Positions 59,017-64,000 of a DNA stretch of 64,000 bases are shown in pieces. The DNA comes from Auanema rhodensis (lineage: Eukaryota; Animalia; Nematoda): NCBI GenBank assembly GCA_964057225.1, contig OZ059898.1, positions 6,200,001 to 6,264,000 on the forward strand, given 5' to 3'. A model generated the notes under the pieces. That model was not told where the DNA came from and did not search any database. It worked only from the letters and a program-made list of their open reading frames with translations. Position numbers and translations under genes: made by a program. Each line of letters opens with the position of its first letter. Position 1 is the first letter of the stretch.

Positions 59017-62000
59017 TTAATACATTTCTGAAGTTGTTGTAGCATTTTTAAATCCTGAATGATGATATGGCTCTAAATACTCAGCATCAGGCACCTGCAA
59101 CAAGTAAAATACTATGAAAATATCTTTGTTTAGTCGATCTCACCACTGTACTAAGCAATACAGGTAAAAATATAAGACCATGTAATATTCCTATTATTAC
59201 GACAAAGAATACCGTGTAAACAAATGTGCGAATAATATAAGAGGGAACTAGAGCCAAGCATGACACACCAACAACTGTTGAAAACGCTGATTGAAGAATT
59301 GGATCAGTCATAACAATCAAACATTTCTAGAAATACATGAAGTTTAGACTAATCTAAGCTGTTAACCTCTAATCGTTTTTCTTTCTGAGTCACGAAGTGG
59401 AATGTTGTATGAGTTACGTAGTCTACTAAAAACATTTGAATTATTTATCAAACTCCAAAAGTTCAAACCTGAAAAACCTATACTCATAACTATTGTTATC
59501 ATTGATATAATATCTAAACGAGTTGCAGCAGCCGACAAAGCTCCAACAACACCGATGTTAATAGACAATATGGAAACAGCAATACATATTGCTGATATTG
59601 GACGAGGAACCTAAAACTAGCAAATAGCGGAAGTTATAAGAATTCTTTCTTTTACCATTAAAATACAAATACAGAGCATGGATGCAATTGCAGTTATAAC
59701 ATTCGTTATAACATTATAAACTGTTATATATTGTTGATCAACTAATAGTAAGCTTGTATCATAGATATATCCAGTATATTGACTAGCTTTCAATACACCT
59801 CTAAGGAATGTCGCTCGGGGCTACAATGATAAATTATTGTTTATAAAAATATAATAATAAATATTACCCAATCATTAGCCGAACCAAGTTTACGAACTCT
59901 CATTAGAAACTTTGTTGCCACAATAGAATGAGAACCAAATCTTAAAATTACTTAGTTAGATAACTAATTTTAATTTAATATTTACTTGATATCAGTTTGA
60001 TATTTTTTATTATGAGGTTGAGCTAAAAATGTATGAAGATGTGATAAAAATTCATCGAGACGATAGTCTTTTCCTTGATGTTGAACTTCGAAGTCTTCTA
60101 ACCAAAATTCCCCTTTTGATGCATATTCAGAACTGAATTGAGATAGTTTTTCTAAGATCATAAGAAATTATTCTGTCACCTAGAAATGTCATTATAGAGA
60201 TTAGTGAGATCTAGTCTAGCATCACTTTTCCACAGAGTTAAGTTTTCTGTTTTAATTACAGTAAAACAAAATTGGCCATAATCATTGAATAATTCTTCTT
60301 GCAATCGTAGTTCTGCCGCCACGTATGAATTATCTGGAGCCAAAAGTTTCAAGTCCAGTCCAAGCGGTAATGCCAAAGCATAATAAATTGAAGTTAGTAG
60401 ATATATGAAATATAGTATGGCTACAATAATTTTGAACAACAATTTTTGAGCATAAAATGATAGCAAGCATCCTAGAGGTATAAAAGGTAAAGACCTGGAA
60501 GCAAAAGCTGCTTCATCGAACAAATCTGGAAAGAAAGCGTAGAAAAACAAGTTATATGTATATGAACGTTACTTTGTTTCTCATATTTATAACAACAAAA
60601 CAGAGAATGCCTACGAGATACTTCACGACGACAGCATAATACCATTAAAGCATTGAAGAAAGTAATTTGAAAGAAAAACATGAAAAGAATAGCCATAGCA
60701 CAATATGTACAAAATATTCCTGTAATAGTTTTAGAAATTATTACAATTGAAAAACGATTACATACGAACTGCAAAGAAATCCGATATACTTCCAATTGAA
60801 AATGATAATCCATCAGTCAATGAAGTGAGAAACAAGGAAGTTGACGTTTCTGTTAAAGCCGTAATGAAACTATAATAAAACTTAATTGAATGAAATGAAT
60901 AATGATAATCAATTAAAGTGACAAAATTATATAAAAACTACATATACCGTTTTTCAACATCAGGTTCACCTTGCTCCAGTCTCCAGCTTTTTAACATCAG
61001 AAACATATTATCTGTGCCGATAGCTTCAAATATATTATTTGTAACATTTTAATTTATTATTTACTTACATATTACTAAAAATGGCATAATAAACACCATT
61101 GGAAGAAAAGGAAAACCAATATAAATCAGAAAAGACGTACTGGCTATGGTTGCAATTGTTGCATTAAGTAAAGCAAAAAATCCAATCCATGGTTGAGATC
61201 TTAATAAGTATTTTAAAAGAAAAAATATTTGTGATATTACCTAATAGGATTTGTTGAAGAACATATAAGCATACAGAAGGCTATTAAGACAACGACAGTC
61301 CATGGCATATATGGGAATAAAAGCTTCAAATAGATTGGAAATATTATATAAAATGTTATAAAAACTATTATTACTTCACTATTTCTTTCCATTTCTTTGG
61401 CGAGACTTTGAGATGTTGAGTAATACAAAGAGTAATTTGTTTTAAAATTTTTTATTTCGTGAATAAAAGAAGATAGCCACCTTAATTAAATAAAATTATT
61501 CAAATTGATAGATGATAATGCTTACTCTGAACCTTGGGGACCAATATCAAGCATATATGGTAAGCGAATAGCTTTTGCTTGAACTATTTTTGCATTTCCA
61601 TGTGCATCTGTACTCTAAAATATGGCTTTCAGATCATGAAACATCTATTTTCATACTTGATTTGATAATGTTACTCCTCCAAATATAACTACATTATCTA
61701 TTGAAACATCCCCAAATTTTAGCACAGGATAACGGAGCAAGAATTGCGTTGATAGATACTTGAAATCAAATAATTCGATTAATCATTGTGATCATAAAGT
61801 AAAATTACAGCCATATCGTCTTCTAAAGCAAATAGAAAGGGGTGAAGTATACAGGCTGATTCAAAGTCCTCTTTACCGCAAACAGTTCCAAACGTTTTTC
61901 CGTCAGAAGTCTATTCAATTCAGTTATATTGTAAATAAAACTATACATTATATTACCTTAATATCTAAAATATATTTATGTAATTTTGATAATTCAGATA

Positions 62001-62513
62001 TTCCGTTCATGGATAGCATATTTCCATTTTCATTTTCATTGTCAACTAACTCAACGAAAGCAAAATTAGCTCCAAACATGCTGTAGCTATCACGTTGAGG
62101 ATCATGTGGAGGAAATGTTTTTAACAACTAGAAAATAGTTATAAAAATTTTAAAACTTTGTGATGTAAAAGTAAATTAACATCTTTAAGATCGGTTAAGC
62201 TTTCCATTTGATCCGGTAGAAAAACTTGTAATGTTTCATTTGTTGTAACTATATGAAAATCTAAGGCTGTTATTGTAACTAAAAATAAAAAAAAAGATTA
62301 TAAAGAATGTTTTAATAAACTCTAATTACCAAAAGAAATTGTAATTAAAGGTGGAATAATCAGAAAAGGAAGCGGCCATCGTACAACTATTGATGTTTGC
62401 CACTAAAATACCAATCAAAATAATAATAGTTCGAAGTTCATTAACTTATTGATAATGATGATTAAATAAAAACTTACTTGGAAAAATTGAGAAACAATAG
62501 ATTGAAAACTCAT
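59017..62513 (-). CDS. Patched-related (PTR) sterol-sensing-domain membrane protein
   Basis: PFLVI|[73 protein letters not shown]. Spliced end [10 protein letters not shown]...EMY*. Confidence 0.9.
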
Positions 62514-62876
62514 GGTATACAGAAGTCTGAGAGAAGGCTACTAGATGAAAACCTGAGTATAAGATGAGGTCGATCCAATTATATCTCGAGGTCGAGATGC
62601 ATTTCATTCATTTTAGTTCATGATTCTAAAGAACAATAAGTAAAAGTAGGACATATTCTGCAGGATATTCTTTTTAGAAAAAGATCTCAAGGAAAGTACT
62701 TATGGAAAAAGGAAAGGAGAAGCACAAACGAATAAATGAGAATATATATAGAGTTAAAGTAAAATTCTTAAAATATTTATTTTTCAAAATAGAAATAAAT
62801 AAAAAACAATAGTTTCCTTTTTTTAACCATATATACAACAATATTCTAACAGTATTAAGAATAATAAATATTCCTG

Positions 62877-64000
62877 TTAGATTGATTCATCTTTAGGAAT
62901 ACGACGACGTTCAAATCGATGCGTATCATTTAACTAGAAATATAATTATTAAATCAAATAGTTTAAATAATTCAAATCTTACATGGACAACAAATTCAGT
63001 TAGTAACTGATTTGATAAACCTGTATGAAAAACTTTAACATGAGTTTCTCCTTCCGGTAATGCAATGAATGTAGTTGTATCAGCTGAAACTCTCATAGCT
63101 GGATATCCACCGTCATTTAATACAAGTGTCTTATCACCAGATTCAAAATGTAATCCTGTTGATCTGGTTTGGGGAAAACAAAGACTTTATGTAAATTATT
63201 TTAAAAACCGTTACCTCAACTTTAATGTTTCTATAATACTTCGACGATTCTCAGCATAAGCTAATTCAACATTAATATCTTCATAACAACAAGCCATTAA
63301 AACTAATAATCCATTTAGTTGACGAACAAAAACATCTTTACTGTTTTGAATGAATGAACTCCATTGAAGTTGTTTAACTAATAAACCATTTGTGCCTATT
63401 AATATGATTGAATATGTATATATAATCTTATTATATTTTAGTTAATTACCTCTTCGTGATAATAGATTGTATCCCGCACAAACATCAGTACTGTGTAATC
63501 CCATAGATGGGTGAACCATTTGGTATCGACGCATCAACGTCTCTGCCATTCCATTATTTTGTTGTAAATATCGAAGCTAATATAAAGATAAGTTGCAAAA
63601 GAATAAAGAAAAAACGATAAATTAATACTTTAACTCCACCTGTTCCAAACATCATCACAAAATCAAAACGAAATAGCTTATGTAATTGATATATATTAGC
63701 TTCTTCTGTAGATACATTGAGATATTCATCACAATTATGTTTCTATAAAATCCAAAAAATAATTAATATAAAGTATAATTTAATAAATAAAATGATATAT
63801 ATTATTAGTATTATTATACCTCTAGCTGTTTGGTAGGCATCATAAATAATATTGTTGAATGTGATAGCAATTCTTTAATTTCATTATCAGATTCATTACA
63901 AATATCCTCCATTAGTGTATAAAAAAATTCATCAACACGCTGAAATTCTTTAGTTAAAGTCTATTTTTTTATAATTTTTCTATGAATATGAAGTTGGTAA
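62877..64000 (-). CDS. 3' part of an uncharacterised multi-exon gene (continues past the window end)
   Basis: Short-intron exons in frame, e.g. MVHPSMGLHSTDVCAGYNLLSRR and LNDGGYPAMRVSADTTTF, ending RRRIPKDESI* (TAA at 62877-62879). Confidence 0.6.

Overview
AT-rich nematode (Rhabditida-like) genomic DNA with many ~40-50 nt introns and trans-splice-type acceptors just upstream of several start codons. I can support 17 protein-coding genes. In order: the 5' half of a Fat-like cadherin (cdh-4-like, -), myotubularin mtm-6 (+), a Shroom/ASD2-domain gene (-), an ADCK2-like mitochondrial kinase (+), a stand-alone TYW1-like flavodoxin-fold membrane protein (+), a secreted Cys-rich protein (+), an F-box protein (+), an uncharacterised protein (-), a MIG-18-like secreted protein (+), a Grb7-like SH2 adaptor (-), a probable operon of rps-22, polh-1 and a MARVEL-like gene (-), ERK mpk-1 (+), mcm-5 (+), alx-1 (-), a patched-related gene (-) and the 3' end of an unknown gene (-). 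The most interesting items are the nematode Shroom-like gene, the TYW1 N-terminal domain without its radical-SAM domain, an SH2 domain lacking the phosphotyrosine-binding Arg, and a structured rps-22 intron with a cryptic 5' splice site inside a stem. There are also nested fold-back structures in several oversized introns and five GC-AG introns. Gene models were spliced by eye and homologies are from recognition, not database searches. No tRNA, rRNA or CRISPR array was found.
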